From: Poseidonia sp.
GTDB lineage: Archaea > Thermoplasmatota > Poseidoniia > Poseidoniales > Poseidoniaceae
Assembly: GCA_030827365.1 (NCBI GenBank)
Contig: JAUREO010000005.1
Location: 1 to 60,151, forward strand
Length of the DNA stretch: 60,151 nt
Reading direction: 5' to 3'
The notes under the pieces are model-generated. The model had not been told where the DNA came from. It was given only the letters and a program-made list of their open reading frames with translations, and searched no databases. Each line of letters opens with the position of its first letter. The first letter of the stretch is position 1. Positions 7,981 to 22,777 of the stretch are shown in pieces. The position numbers were made by a program, and so were the translations under genes.

Positions 7981-10539
7981 TCAGTCGCCTCGTTCTCCTT
8001 CGAGGGGAGTGTCGTCAAGCCGCATGGTTGATTTCTTGGATTGAGTTTTGAGAACTTTCATGATCTCTGTCATGATTGATTCGATGAGAACAGGGCCCCA
8101 ACCACGCTTTCCTTCAAGTTCCGTTCTTTGTTTTGGACCCATTGAGTACACATCTTTCGGTGTGCGTAAGCCCATCAATGCCAAATCCCTTGCTCGATTT
8201 CTACCGATATTTCGAATATTGACCAACTGAAGTAAATCTTCTCTACAACCATGGCGAATTCTTTGCTTGGTTAAACCAAACCTTTGAGCAATATCGGCAA
8301 TGTAGGCGGAATGTTCGTGAGAAAAGACATCATCGAGGAGGAGGATTTCTTTGGCACAATACAACAACCACTCAGCAATAGTTGTCCTTTGATGCACATC
8401 TCCTGGAGCAACATCAAATGTGGTTTCCAAGGTTCGAAATGAATCTTCTTCACACCACTGTTCAAGCATCCATGCACTCTTGATTTTAGCAATCATATCT
8501 TCAAGATAGGTTTGTTCCAAAACAAATTCGTCTTCTGAACTGTTCATTTTTAGAAACATCTGCGAATTTGGCTCCAAATCTTTTGATTTCGCCCATAACG
8601 ATGGGAAATCAGGTGTTGAGCACACTAGATGCAGCATACCTAAGGTTGAGATTGGCCCATCTTGTCGTACTGCACGTCTTACAAATCGCCGAAGGCCTGT
8701 TCGAAGAATGGTTGCCGAAAGAGGGTCAAGGTAGAGTTGAGAAATTCGAATCCCTAATTCAGTACCTTCATATTGAATACTGCCTCCGTCATTACGTTGA
8801 ATTTCAATTGATGGATGTTGATGCAGTTGATTTGCAGATTGAAATCCAAATGTTGGAACTGAATGTGCTGATGTTTGTGGTTGTGAGCTGGGTATTTGAA
8901 ATCCAACACCTTGCGTTTCTTTCGCTGCAGTAACCCATGAAGGAATCGAATCGTCCCATGGTTCGTCTCCATCTTGGTATGGGTGTTCCTCAGTTTCATA
9001 CAAGTCATCTGGCCCCAAATTCCTAAGGAATCGCTCCTCGACAAGCCAATTCAGCATTTGAGTAATGCGTTCTTCAAGTTGTGAGGCGGGAAGAGTCTTG
9101 CCTAGAAATGTGTTTTTGAAGAAATGAAGAATTTTTCCTTTGTGACAATAACCACCTGTTGCAATAAGAGCAAGTAAATGCATTCGCAATGCTGGTTCAG
9201 ATGCAAGTTTCGATGAAATATTTTCAACTTGGCCAAAGAAATACCGTTGGGACACAGCATCCGCTTCCTCCCAACCATCCGAATTTTTGCAATAGATCCA
9301 AGCTTCGCCCTTTGTATCGTATTTTGGACGACCCGCTCTTCCCATCATTTGACGAACCTCCATGATGGGCAATGGTCGGTTAAATCCGTCATCCCATCGT
9401 TTCAAATCTCGAATGAGGACTCGACGAGCAGGCAAATTTACTCCTGCAGCGAGTGTTGGTGTTGCTGTAAGGGCAATTAAAAGACCTTCTTTGAAGGCTT
9501 GCTCAACCATTTTTCGTTGTTGGTGAGTGAGGCCTGCATGGTGAAAGGCCACTCCTCCCCGAATAGATTCTGCGAGGTGATCGGATATGCTCGATTGATT
9601 GGATGAATTGGCAATTTGATTGGCAAGTTCAGAAAGACGAGAAGTTCTGTCTATATCTTCACCCTTGAGGCGTTTCAAGACTCGTTTCGACAAATTCCGT
9701 GCTTCTGCCTGAGCACTTTTTCGCGTTCCCACAAACAACAACACTTGTGAGGAATCATTCATTGCGTCGTCAACGACACTCCAAACTGGATGGGATACCA
9801 AACCCTGTAAGGTTCGAGGAGGCGATAATTGGACTTTTGAAGAACCATGACCCTGAATTTTTCGTGGTTCGACATGAAAATTATGAAAGGTGGAGTATTC
9901 TAAATCGACCGGTCTCCACTCGGATAAGATTAATTCAGCATCAAGCCAGTCAGCGAGCTCTTGTACATTGCCCACCGTGGCAGATAAAGCAATGATTTGT
10001 GCCTCTGGATGATGCAGTCGTAATCGTGTTAGGTTCATTTCCAATGTGGGGCCTCTTGAAGCATCATTCATGAGGTGAAATTCATCTGCTACAATACACT
10101 GGAGTTGTTCAAAAAGTTCGCTTCTGTGCCGAATTAAGGAATCCAATTTTTCAGATGTACAAACGAGGACATCTGCTTTATCGATGTTTTTTGTTTCAGA
10201 AGTAGCATCGCCAATGGCTAATCCTATGTGAAGTCCTAATGCTTGACCAATTTCCATTAATTCTTCGTATTTTTCGCTTGCAAGTGCTTTGAGTGGCACG
10301 ATATAAATTGCCTTTGCAGGTTTGTGTTTTTGTAATGATTGAACGATGGCAGTGTATGCGAGTAATGATTTTCCGGAAGCGGTAGGAATGGAAACAAGCG
10401 TATTTTTCCCATTCAAGATGGGTTTCATTGCTTGCATTTGAGGAGGATACAGCGAAGCAATTCCCCAAGAATCTATGAGGAATCGCTTAAATTTTTCATC
10501 AATTAGAAGATTCTGAATGCCAGCATCCTCCATGGTCAT
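7981..10539 (-). CDS. hel308: Ski2-like DNA helicase Hel308/Hjm
   Basis: 'LYPPQ', 'PTASGKS', 'DEFH', 'LSAT', 'AFHHAGL', 'TPTLAAGVNLPA', 'QMMGRAGRP', ratchet 'SQLYLDP', HhH 'IGRNRARDL'. Confidence 0.95.
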   Translation of the reverse strand: MTMEDAGIQNLLIDEKFKRFLIDSWGIASLYPPQMQAMKPILNGKNTLVSIPTASGKSLLAYTAIVQSLQKHKPAKAIYIVPLKALASEKYEELMEIGQALGLHIGLAIGDATSETKNIDKADVLVCTSEKLDSLIRHRSELFEQLQCIVADEFHLMNDASRGPTLEMNLTRLRLHHPEAQIIALSATVGNVQELADWLDAELILSEWRPVDLEYSTFHNFHVEPRKIQGHGSSKVQLSPPRTLQGLVSHPVWSVVDDAMNDSSQVLLFVGTRKSAQAEARNLSKRVLKRLKGEDIDRTSRLSELANQIANSSNQSSISDHLAESIRGGVAFHHAGLTHQQRKMVEQAFKEGLLIALTATPTLAAGVNLPARRVLIRDLKRWDDGFNRPLPIMEVRQMMGRAGRPKYDTKGEAWIYCKNSDGWEEADAVSQRYFFGQVENISSKLASEPALRMHLLALIATGGYCHKGKILHFFKNTFLGKTLPASQLEERITQMLNWLVEERFLRNLGPDDLYETEEHPYQDGDEPWDDSIPSWVTAAKETQGVGFQIPSSQPQTSAHSVPTFGFQSANQLHQHPSIEIQRNDGGSIQYEGTELGIRISQLYLDPLSATILRTGLRRFVRRAVRQDGPISTLGMLHLVCSTPDFPSLWAKSKDLEPNSQMFLKMNSSEDEFVLEQTYLEDMIAKIKSAWMLEQWCEEDSFRTLETTFDVAPGDVHQRTTIAEWLLYCAKEILLLDDVFSHEHSAYIADIAQRFGLTKQRIRHGCREDLLQLVNIRNIGRNRARDLALMGLRTPKDVYSMGPKQRTELEGKRGWGPVLIESIMTEIMKVLKTQSKKSTMRLDDTPLEGERGD

Positions 10540-10628
10540 GTTGTTGGACAGATGTCAATAGTCCAAAAGGAAAACGGCTAATATTTTGGCCGACATACCT
10601 AAGACCTTCTTCGTTGTGAGTTGAATCC

Positions 10629-11240
10629 ATGAGCGACGATATGGAAGAACTGGTCGACCAACGCCTTGCGGTTTTCGATGATGAACCAGACTTGAATGAT
10701 TGGGTCGAAATCATGTGCGGTGCAGCAATGGCCGTGCTTGGTATCTTCCATTTGGTAAGCCCAGGTGACCTCGTCGATGAGAACATCATGCGTTGGTTTG
10801 CTTCATCTGTCGTAGCAGCAGGTGCAATTTGGGCAGGACATGGTTTGAAAGATATGGCCGTCAAAGAAGTTCGTCGTTCCATTGCACTCATGGATATTGC
10901 AAACCAAAATGATGAAGTGAACCACGGTTTAATTCGGGATGTACTACTCAATCCAGAGGCATACACAGAATTTCTCATGAATGCCTATGATTCTGCGTGG
11001 GAAGACGGAGTGATTACCGATTCCGAATATGAGGAATTAAGATCATTCCAAAAAGCATTGGGAATCACGGATGAAGACGCCGCAAAGATGAATGTTCAAG
11101 CAGCCGTAAAATCTGCAGCTAAAGATGGGGAAATTACTGATGCCGAGCGTTCAATGATTCAAAAAGCAGCAGAGGACGCAATGATGGACGTCGATGAAGT
11201 ACTTGAAGATGCAGAAAGTAAAGCAAAGAAAAAGGATTGA
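10629..11240 (+). CDS. Membrane protein (2 TM) with TerB-like C-terminal helical repeats
   Basis: Two hydrophobic helices; 'AWEDGVITDSEYEEL...LGIT' and 'AAKDGEITDAERSMI' resemble TerB-like DGxxxxxE motifs. Confidence 0.55.
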   Translation: MSDDMEELVDQRLAVFDDEPDLNDWVEIMCGAAMAVLGIFHLVSPGDLVDENIMRWFASSVVAAGAIWAGHGLKDMAVKEVRRSIALMDIANQNDEVNHGLIRDVLLNPEAYTEFLMNAYDSAWEDGVITDSEYEELRSFQKALGITDEDAAKMNVQAAVKSAAKDGEITDAERSMIQKAAEDAMMDVDEVLEDAESKAKKKD

Positions 11241-11246
11241 GTGACT

Positions 11247-13280
11247 TCATTTCCACATTTTTGATTGCACTGATGCTTGTATCGCCAACTTCCTTGCCAC
11301 AATAATTCTCTTGATCTCGATAGAGCCTGCATAGGCACATAGGACGACACCAACCCATGCGAACAACCAAATTTCATATGCGACATTAGGGTAATTCACG
11401 ACATACTTTGCGGTTGGTACATCGCTTGCATCAAATCGATTTGATGGTTCAAAACGGACATCGACCAAATCGAGTTCGCAGTCACATAGCGAAATAGTTA
11501 AGCGGTCAGGAAACAAAGAGGATTGTAACTTTGACCAATCAGATTCAGAAACACTTGTTGGGCGAGTAGCCCATGCTGGTGCATTCACGGAGCCAGCAGG
11601 GGTCGTGGAAATCATTTCGAGTTTTATATCAAAGACTGATGAGGTTGGTTTTTCATCAACAATGAGCATCGATTCAAGCATCAAAAGGTCAAGCAACAAC
11701 GATCTTCCTGATAATAAAATGAAACGAACTGTGTGGTCTTCTAACATACCACTATCGCTGAGTTGAGCACCGCCTTTGGAAATTTGAGTAAAAATTGCTT
11801 CATCTATCCTGAAGGATTGCAACTCTTCTATCTGTAATTGCCATCTTCCATCATCGAGTTCATAGGCTCGTTGAACATTCAGTCTTAGTGTAAAAGAATC
11901 GCTATGAAGAAGTCCAAATGTAGCACCACTATGGCGATACAGATTCTGTTCGGGTATTCCAGGTGCTGCAACGTCCCATAATTGGCTAAGCCTCATGTCG
12001 AAGAGTTCATCAAATGAGATCATGTTGTCGTCTTGGCTTTGTTGTGAAATGGATATCGTTGGTAATATAACACCTCCAACGAGTAAGAACAACACACCAG
12101 GTAAAAAAATCATGTAACGTAATGTGAGATTCGTTGTAGGTTGAGTAAAAAGGAGGAGGGAGAAAAGAAACAAGATTCCAAAGAAAATCAAGCCACTGAT
12201 ACCTTGTTTGTCCAGCGAGACCGTTGAATCGGCATTTCCAAGGAAACTTGAACCAGAGGGGAAATATGAAAAAGGCTGAAATCCATCAGGATTGACTGGT
12301 CCAAGACTTTCAAAACCAAATGACCCACCCCATTGATATTGTTGGAATCGAGTGTCTTGCCCTGAAAAGCAAACTGTATAGGTATCGATTGGGACCGCTC
12401 GCCATCGATAGATAATTCTTAAATTTCCCTCCTCAAATTCGCTTACTATTTCAGGGTAAGGCAATTCTTTGCCCGTGGAGTCGAATACCAACGGGACGCT
12501 GTGTGGCTGCTCCACCTCAAGAGGTGCTTCCAACCAGTCAATGTATAACCTCATGATTTCATTGGTTTGAACCTCGAACCTCCAACAATCCTTGTCTTCT
12601 CCAAGAAGTGCTCCGAAATGAAGTATTTCAAACTCGGTTTCGACTGGTTGAAGTTGGGATGAAGGCTCATCAACGTCTGCAATATTAGGGTCTATAGACC
12701 AATCGATATCAAGATTGATAAACGAATTTCCACGAAGTCGAAGTTCCCAAGTTCCAGGTTGGTCAAGAACAATGGAAACGAATAATTTGACTTGGTCCCC
12801 AGGCCAAACAACTCGAGAAAAATCATATGTCATCGGTTCATTTTCAAGTCGATATGGTTCATATGCTGACGGACTGGAAAAAGTGGTGGATTCAAAAGTC
12901 CAAGAATTGACATTTTGACCTGTGATAAGCCGAATTTCAGCTTCTGGACGAAATATTCCTAAAGATTCAGTTTGCTGTATCAAGTCAACCGATAATTCTT
13001 CGAGTTCTAGGGGTAATAATGCAATATGACTTTGTTCTGGTGATAAATCAAATTCAAAATTGAGGACATCATTCTGAATGAATGTTGATGTGGATTGCCC
13101 TGAAATGATTTCTTCTCCAATTGGCGTTGGTGTGAGTTGACAAGTTTCATCATCAGTACATGAAAGATAGAACCGACCACCCCCTGGTTCTTGATTCAAA
13201 TTTGCTTGTACATCTATTGGGAAAATGAGAATTGATAGCGTTAGCAGGGTGACCATTGCCCTCAATCGCATGTGTCTCAC
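11247..13280 (-). CDS. Hypothetical secreted/membrane protein, 677 aa
   Basis: Signal peptide ending VQA, beta-rich domain, two central TMs, second domain, C-terminal TM; GAGGAG SD-like upstream. Confidence 0.7.
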   Translation of the reverse strand: MRHMRLRAMVTLLTLSILIFPIDVQANLNQEPGGGRFYLSCTDDETCQLTPTPIGEEIISGQSTSTFIQNDVLNFEFDLSPEQSHIALLPLELEELSVDLIQQTESLGIFRPEAEIRLITGQNVNSWTFESTTFSSPSAYEPYRLENEPMTYDFSRVVWPGDQVKLFVSIVLDQPGTWELRLRGNSFINLDIDWSIDPNIADVDEPSSQLQPVETEFEILHFGALLGEDKDCWRFEVQTNEIMRLYIDWLEAPLEVEQPHSVPLVFDSTGKELPYPEIVSEFEEGNLRIIYRWRAVPIDTYTVCFSGQDTRFQQYQWGGSFGFESLGPVNPDGFQPFSYFPSGSSFLGNADSTVSLDKQGISGLIFFGILFLFSLLLFTQPTTNLTLRYMIFLPGVLFLLVGGVILPTISISQQSQDDNMISFDELFDMRLSQLWDVAAPGIPEQNLYRHSGATFGLLHSDSFTLRLNVQRAYELDDGRWQLQIEELQSFRIDEAIFTQISKGGAQLSDSGMLEDHTVRFILLSGRSLLLDLLMLESMLIVDEKPTSSVFDIKLEMISTTPAGSVNAPAWATRPTSVSESDWSKLQSSLFPDRLTISLCDCELDLVDVRFEPSNRFDASDVPTAKYVVNYPNVAYEIWLFAWVGVVLCAYAGSIEIKRIIVARKLAIQASVQSKMWK

Positions 13281-13317
13281 TTCTGCGAGGAGCGTTTAAC
13301 ATATCAAACAATGTATG

Positions 13318-13851
13318 TTATGAAAACAGTGGTTCATCAACCAAAACTGTTTTGCAAGATTTACAGATATATTTTCCACGAGAAGGCTGTTTTCGAAAAA
13401 TAAGGATGTCACAATTTGAGCAAACCCATTGCCAAGAAGCATTCCTCCTCTGCAAAAAAATGGTAAATTTGCGACCAACCTTTTTTCGGTTTTTAAGTGG
13501 CCAACGCGATTCCAAATGTCGAAAAATTGCATCATGATGTTTGAAACCAATAGCATGTAAAAACTCATGATACAGGACAAATTTAGCATATTCTTGCCAT
13601 TCTTCGCAAAGAAGTTCTGGATGAAGTTCGATACCTTCAATGGAGAGATGATGGGTATGCTGTCGCCATCGAGTCACGCCGTGTTTTTGTGTAGCATTTT
13701 TACGTAATACGCCTAATGGAATTTTCTCCAAAGTAGCAAATCGACTGGATTGAAAGTCATGTATCTCAGCCATCTTCAAAAGAACAAAAGAACGTAATTG
13801 CTCGAGACGAATCGTCTGTTGAGCATTTGGCTGGACCATCAAATCCCTCAT
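13318..13851 (-). CDS. SprT-like zinc metalloprotease with C-terminal Zn ribbon
   Basis: 'IELHPELL', 'VLYHEFLHA...HHDAIF', 'WVCSNC...YICKSCK'; ATG overlaps the upstream stop (ATGA). Confidence 0.8.
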   Translation of the reverse strand: MRDLMVQPNAQQTIRLEQLRSFVLLKMAEIHDFQSSRFATLEKIPLGVLRKNATQKHGVTRWRQHTHHLSIEGIELHPELLCEEWQEYAKFVLYHEFLHAIGFKHHDAIFRHLESRWPLKNRKKVGRKFTIFLQRRNASWQWVCSNCDILIFRKQPSRGKYICKSCKTVLVDEPLFS

Positions 13852-14315
13852 GACCACCGATGATACGCTGGATGGCCTTGCTCAACGGCAACAAACATTC
13901 CGGTGCCGGTAGCACAAACTTTGCCATTTGCCTCCAAGAGCATTTCAACATTGACCTTTCGTTCATCAATGGCCGTCACTTGACTTGTGATGACAAGTTC
14001 TGAGTCTGTAGGGGTAGGCCGTCTCAATTTTACCTCATAGGAGGCAGTTACAGTGCATGGAGGTTCATCATCACCCCATTCATCCATTAGCGCGATAGCA
14101 GCAGTCCAGTTTCCATGACAGTCAAGCAGAGTACCGATAATACCGCCGTTGATCATCCCAGGGAAGGCTTGATGATGTTCCTGACATCGATAGTGAAGGA
14201 CAAGTCCGTTTTCAATTCGATGAGAGTCAATTTTCAAACCATGGGAATTGGCAGGGCCGCATCCAAAACAGATTGAATTTGGGGCATATTTCCTCTGAAC
14301 ACCTATTTCTTGCAT
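13848..14315 (-). CDS. PaaI/hotdog-fold thioesterase
   Basis: 'CFGCGPANSHGL', 'AFPGMINGGIIGTLLDCHGNW', 'VTASYEVKLRRPTP'. Confidence 0.9.
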   Translation of the reverse strand: MQEIGVQRKYAPNSICFGCGPANSHGLKIDSHRIENGLVLHYRCQEHHQAFPGMINGGIIGTLLDCHGNWTAAIALMDEWGDDEPPCTVTASYEVKLRRPTPTDSELVITSQVTAIDERKVNVEMLLEANGKVCATGTGMFVAVEQGHPAYHRWS

Positions 14316-14396
14316 GGTTTGAGTTGCATGCGAAAGTCTTTGATTGTATGGTCAAATCATCGTAGTATTGATGTTCTTCATTGGCTTCGGAGGTTT

Positions 14397-15707
14397 ATGG
14401 CAGAGGATGGCTCGAGAAAGCCAATACGTCTTGCCCATGAACTTCCAAAGAAACGAAAAATAGAGATTAGCAGAGCACTTGAACAACATAAAAGCGAGGA
14501 TAGACCCGAGTGGGATAGGGATGCTGATTGGAGTGATGTTCGTTTTTTCCGCAAAAAAATCAAACCTGGGACGATTCGAACTGTCGAATTTCCTCTTCTC
14601 AATGTCTCTCTTGGTGATGAGTGGCCAATTCCTGTTACGGTCATACACGGGAATCGCCCCGGTCCTTGTATTACGATTCTCGGAGGAATTCACGGCGATG
14701 AATTGACAGGGCCTTCAACCTGCACCAATCTTCTTTCAAATGTCGTTACAGATGAAGGTGGAGCCCTTGACCCTAGATCACTTGCAGGAACGATTCGAAT
14801 CGTCCCAGTTGTCAATTTACCTGGTTACAGGTCAAAATCAAGATATTTTCCGGATGGCCGAGATTTGAATCGACAATTTCCTGGTAATCCTAAGGGTTCA
14901 ACAACAAAAAGAGTTGCACATCAATTGTTTGAAAATCTCATTCAAGATTCTGATGCAATAATCGACTTGCATAGTGCTGCAAAGGGCAGGACAAACATGC
15001 CTCAAATCCGAGCCAACCTTTCCCATGCAAGTTCACACTTACTTGCAAAATCATTTGGCATCGAAATCATCCTTGATTCATCCCCGCCCAAAGGGTCATT
15101 GCGATATTCAGCCAACGAGATTGATATTCCATGCATCACCTATGAAGGTGGAGGGGCTGACTTCCTCGGCAATCAATCCGTTAAAGTCGCTGTTTATGGT
15201 GTACTCAATGTTCTACGCTCTTTGCGAATGATTCCAGGTCAGCCCCAGCGTCCAAAATTTCGAATCATGGCAAGTGGCTCATCTTGGTTGAGGGCAGCAG
15301 AGGGTGGCTTGCTCGATATGTTTGTGAGTTCAGGCAGTATCATCAAAGAAGGTTCAGTGGTTGCAACCATATCCGATCCAGCTACGCCAGGTATATCTGT
15401 TGATATTGTCGCCCCAGAAGACGGCCTCATCATTGGGGCTGCAACCAACCCATTCACAGCCCCTGGGATGCCAGTGGGGCATTTTTTACCGATTTCTAAG
15501 CACTTTAACCTCCTTGAGGAGCAAATCGACGAAAATGGCTCCTTCATCATCAGTGGTAGTACAGATAATCCTGTTTGGAGGGATGAAACCGACGTCAATG
15601 AGATTGAGCTTTGGGGCGAATGGAGTGGCGGCAGTGTCGATTCTGAATGGACTGGTAAGTACGCGGAAGAAGTCGAGAGCGAAGAATCAGATCCAGATAA
15701 GAACTGA
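14397..15707 (+). CDS. Succinylglutamate desuccinylase/aspartoacylase family (M14 ASTE/ASPA-like) protein
   Basis: 'GGIHGDELTG', 'DLNRQFPG', 'IIDLHS', 'ITYEGG', biotinyl-like C-domain; start moved to ATG 14397 (GGAGG upstream, avoids overlap). Confidence 0.88.
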   Translation: MAEDGSRKPIRLAHELPKKRKIEISRALEQHKSEDRPEWDRDADWSDVRFFRKKIKPGTIRTVEFPLLNVSLGDEWPIPVTVIHGNRPGPCITILGGIHGDELTGPSTCTNLLSNVVTDEGGALDPRSLAGTIRIVPVVNLPGYRSKSRYFPDGRDLNRQFPGNPKGSTTKRVAHQLFENLIQDSDAIIDLHSAAKGRTNMPQIRANLSHASSHLLAKSFGIEIILDSSPPKGSLRYSANEIDIPCITYEGGGADFLGNQSVKVAVYGVLNVLRSLRMIPGQPQRPKFRIMASGSSWLRAAEGGLLDMFVSSGSIIKEGSVVATISDPATPGISVDIVAPEDGLIIGAATNPFTAPGMPVGHFLPISKHFNLLEEQIDENGSFIISGSTDNPVWRDETDVNEIELWGEWSGGSVDSEWTGKYAEEVESEESDPDKN

Positions 15708-16964
15708 TTATGCTGTGTGAAAAGCGGTTATAGCATCAAAAATTTCACTGTCGAGCATGTTTCTTTTTTGTTGCTTAGCAACTTCAAACAGATATTCGAC
15801 CAGATTCTCATCAGCATCAATTCCGTTGTGCTCAAGCCACCAAATGATGTTTGAACGACCCGACATGTGACCAATACGGATAATTTGTTTCAATCCAAAA
15901 TCTCCAGCAGGTACGCCAGAATAGACACGATCTGCAAGCCAGTCGTCCCCTTTTTTCATTGCTTTGATAACTGCAGAGGCGTGAACGCCAGTTCCAGTTT
16001 CGAAAGCATCTTTTCCAAAGACAGGGTAATTTCTTGGAAGTGGTACCTCGATGTACTGATTCGCTTTTCGAACGTACTCGTCGAGCAACGATAAATCATT
16101 ATCGATTACACCCATCAGTTTGAGATTGACAAGTGTTTGGTCCAAGGGTGCATTTCCGGCTCTTTCGCCAACGCCTAAGGCTGTACCGTGAATGACATCA
16201 GCACCGGCCTCGACAGCAGCGATATTGTTTGCAACGCCAAGACCTCTATCTTGGTGTCCATGCCAATTCACTTCAATATCACTTCGATGATAACCAGCAT
16301 CTTTGATGACTTCTTCATCGATGAAGTTGAGCAATTTTTTGACTCCGTTTGGCGTAACATGTCCACATGTATCACAAACGCAAATCCTGCGAACACCTAA
16401 TTCCAATGCTCTCTGATAAATCAATTTGACATCCTCAGGTTTTGACCGAGTTGTATCTTCGGTAACAAACATGACCGGCACATCATTCTCAACAGCATAA
16501 GAAACGGCTTTTTCCATGGTGGTCACCAACTTTTCTATTGTCCAACCTTCTGTGTATTGTCGAATTGGACTTGTTCCAAGAAATGCTGAGGCTTGAATTT
16601 GCATTTCATGTTGTGATTGCATTTCAACGATTGGTTCAATGTCACTCATTAAGGTTCGAACTGCTGCACCGGGCCTTATATTGAATGATTCTTCGTTGAT
16701 ATGACTCAACATTGCATTGATGTGGTCTCTATGAAATGGTCCAGCACCTGGCAATCCTAAATCGACTTTCTGAATCCCTAGTCTTTCCATATAACTTAAT
16801 AATTCGATTTTTTGGTCAATCGAAGGATTTCTTGCACTTGGGCTTTGAAGACCATCTCGCAATGTTTCATCATCAAACCATACATCGTGAGGATGATTTG
16901 AAGGATTTCGTTGGATATCATATTCGATGGTATTCCAATCGTAAATGAGTTGGTTGTTCGACAT
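15708..16964 (-). CDS. LeuA/homocitrate-synthase-like DRE-TIM enzyme without C-terminal regulatory domain
   Basis: 'DETLRDGLQS', 'EDTTR', 'CDTCG', 'HGHQDRGL', 'GVGERAGNA', 'GVHA', 'IGHMSGRSN'. Confidence 0.85.
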   Translation of the reverse strand: MSNNQLIYDWNTIEYDIQRNPSNHPHDVWFDDETLRDGLQSPSARNPSIDQKIELLSYMERLGIQKVDLGLPGAGPFHRDHINAMLSHINEESFNIRPGAAVRTLMSDIEPIVEMQSQHEMQIQASAFLGTSPIRQYTEGWTIEKLVTTMEKAVSYAVENDVPVMFVTEDTTRSKPEDVKLIYQRALELGVRRICVCDTCGHVTPNGVKKLLNFIDEEVIKDAGYHRSDIEVNWHGHQDRGLGVANNIAAVEAGADVIHGTALGVGERAGNAPLDQTLVNLKLMGVIDNDLSLLDEYVRKANQYIEVPLPRNYPVFGKDAFETGTGVHASAVIKAMKKGDDWLADRVYSGVPAGDFGLKQIIRIGHMSGRSNIIWWLEHNGIDADENLVEYLFEVAKQQKRNMLDSEIFDAITAFHTA

Positions 16965-17028
16965 GAATTCTCCTCCCTTTCCATATGCTTGTAAAGACCG
17001 AAATCTCCATGTGGTTTCAAGTCACCGA

Positions 17029-21748
<4,720 letters not shown>

Positions 21749-21979
21749 TTACCGAAATTCAATCAAAAAACATGATTTAATAATTTGTGTCAGTAGCACT
21801 CGCTTCCTAATTTTTCACACAGTAAAGGGGGTTTGTAAATATAGTGTTCATAGATTGAGCAAATTAACGTATTGTGAGGTATTTTTGTAAAGAGAATGAA
21901 GAAATCAAATTCAATCGGTGAAATTATTTTTTGAGAACCCATGCGAGATGGTTAAGAAGAAGTCTAAAGTCGCACACTC

Positions 21980-22777
21980 ATGGCAGACCCAAAAATCTGT
22001 GTCACTTTGGATGGCACTGATATTGAACAAATAGCAGATGAGGCTGCGAGAGCAAATCTATCTGGAGCAGACATGGTAGAACTTCGGTTTGACCGTCTCT
22101 ATCTTCTTCCGATGGAACCAGTTGAGGTTGAAACTGAGGATGGAGAATTGAAATCAATCGTGCCTCCTGAAGAAGAATGGGCAAGAAAGAACCTCGAGGA
22201 AATTGATGTTGAATCCACCATCACTCAGCTTAAGGAACGAATCCCCCTTCCAGTTATCTTTACAGTTCGCGGAAGAGATGAAGGTGGATTTTTCCCCGGG
22301 ACAGAAAAGCAACGACTTTCTATTTTGGAGTCGGCAATAGCCTCGAAAGTATCATGGATTGATATCGAATTGGAAATTGATTCCTCATCACGAGAAAGCC
22401 TAGTTACCTCTGCAAAGAGCAATGGAATCAACATTATCGGCTCAAAGCATGATGTTACAGGCACACCTTCATCGGATGAAATCCTTGAATTGGTTCAAGC
22501 AAATGTTGAAAAGGGCGATATCATCAAATTTTGTTCCACAATCAACGACCACCAAGATGCTCTACAAATTGTTGAGGCTTGCCAAAAACTCAAAGAAACT
22601 GAAATCAAATACGCCCTTATGGGAGTTGGAAATGGTGGCGACTGGGCACGCTTACATGCACCAGTTTTTGGACAAGAATTGGTCTACGCATCATTGAGTA
22701 CTGAACACAGACTGAGCAATAAAGGTCTTGTGAATGTAAGAGATCTAAAAGATGCATGGGTATTGCTTGAATACTGA
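21980..22777 (+). CDS. aroD: Type I 3-dehydroquinate dehydratase
   Basis: 'DMVELRFD', 'IFTVRGRDEGG', 'WIDIEL', 'IGSKHD..GTP' (His), 'DIIKF' (Schiff-base Lys), 'MG..GDWARL'. Confidence 0.85.
   Translation: MADPKICVTLDGTDIEQIADEAARANLSGADMVELRFDRLYLLPMEPVEVETEDGELKSIVPPEEEWARKNLEEIDVESTITQLKERIPLPVIFTVRGRDEGGFFPGTEKQRLSILESAIASKVSWIDIELEIDSSSRESLVTSAKSNGINIIGSKHDVTGTPSSDEILELVQANVEKGDIIKFCSTINDHQDALQIVEACQKLKETEIKYALMGVGNGGDWARLHAPVFGQELVYASLSTEHRLSNKGLVNVRDLKDAWVLLEY

Noticed and set aside
10543-10566. TTGGAC-N11-GTCCAA inverted repeat upstream of hel308
   Set aside because: Short arms and a long spacer; expected by chance and no second copy seen
14310-14396. Upstream start of the ASTE/ASPA ORF in the ORF track
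   Set aside because: Overlaps the divergent thioesterase start and promoter; ATG 14397 has GGAGG and a box at the usual distance
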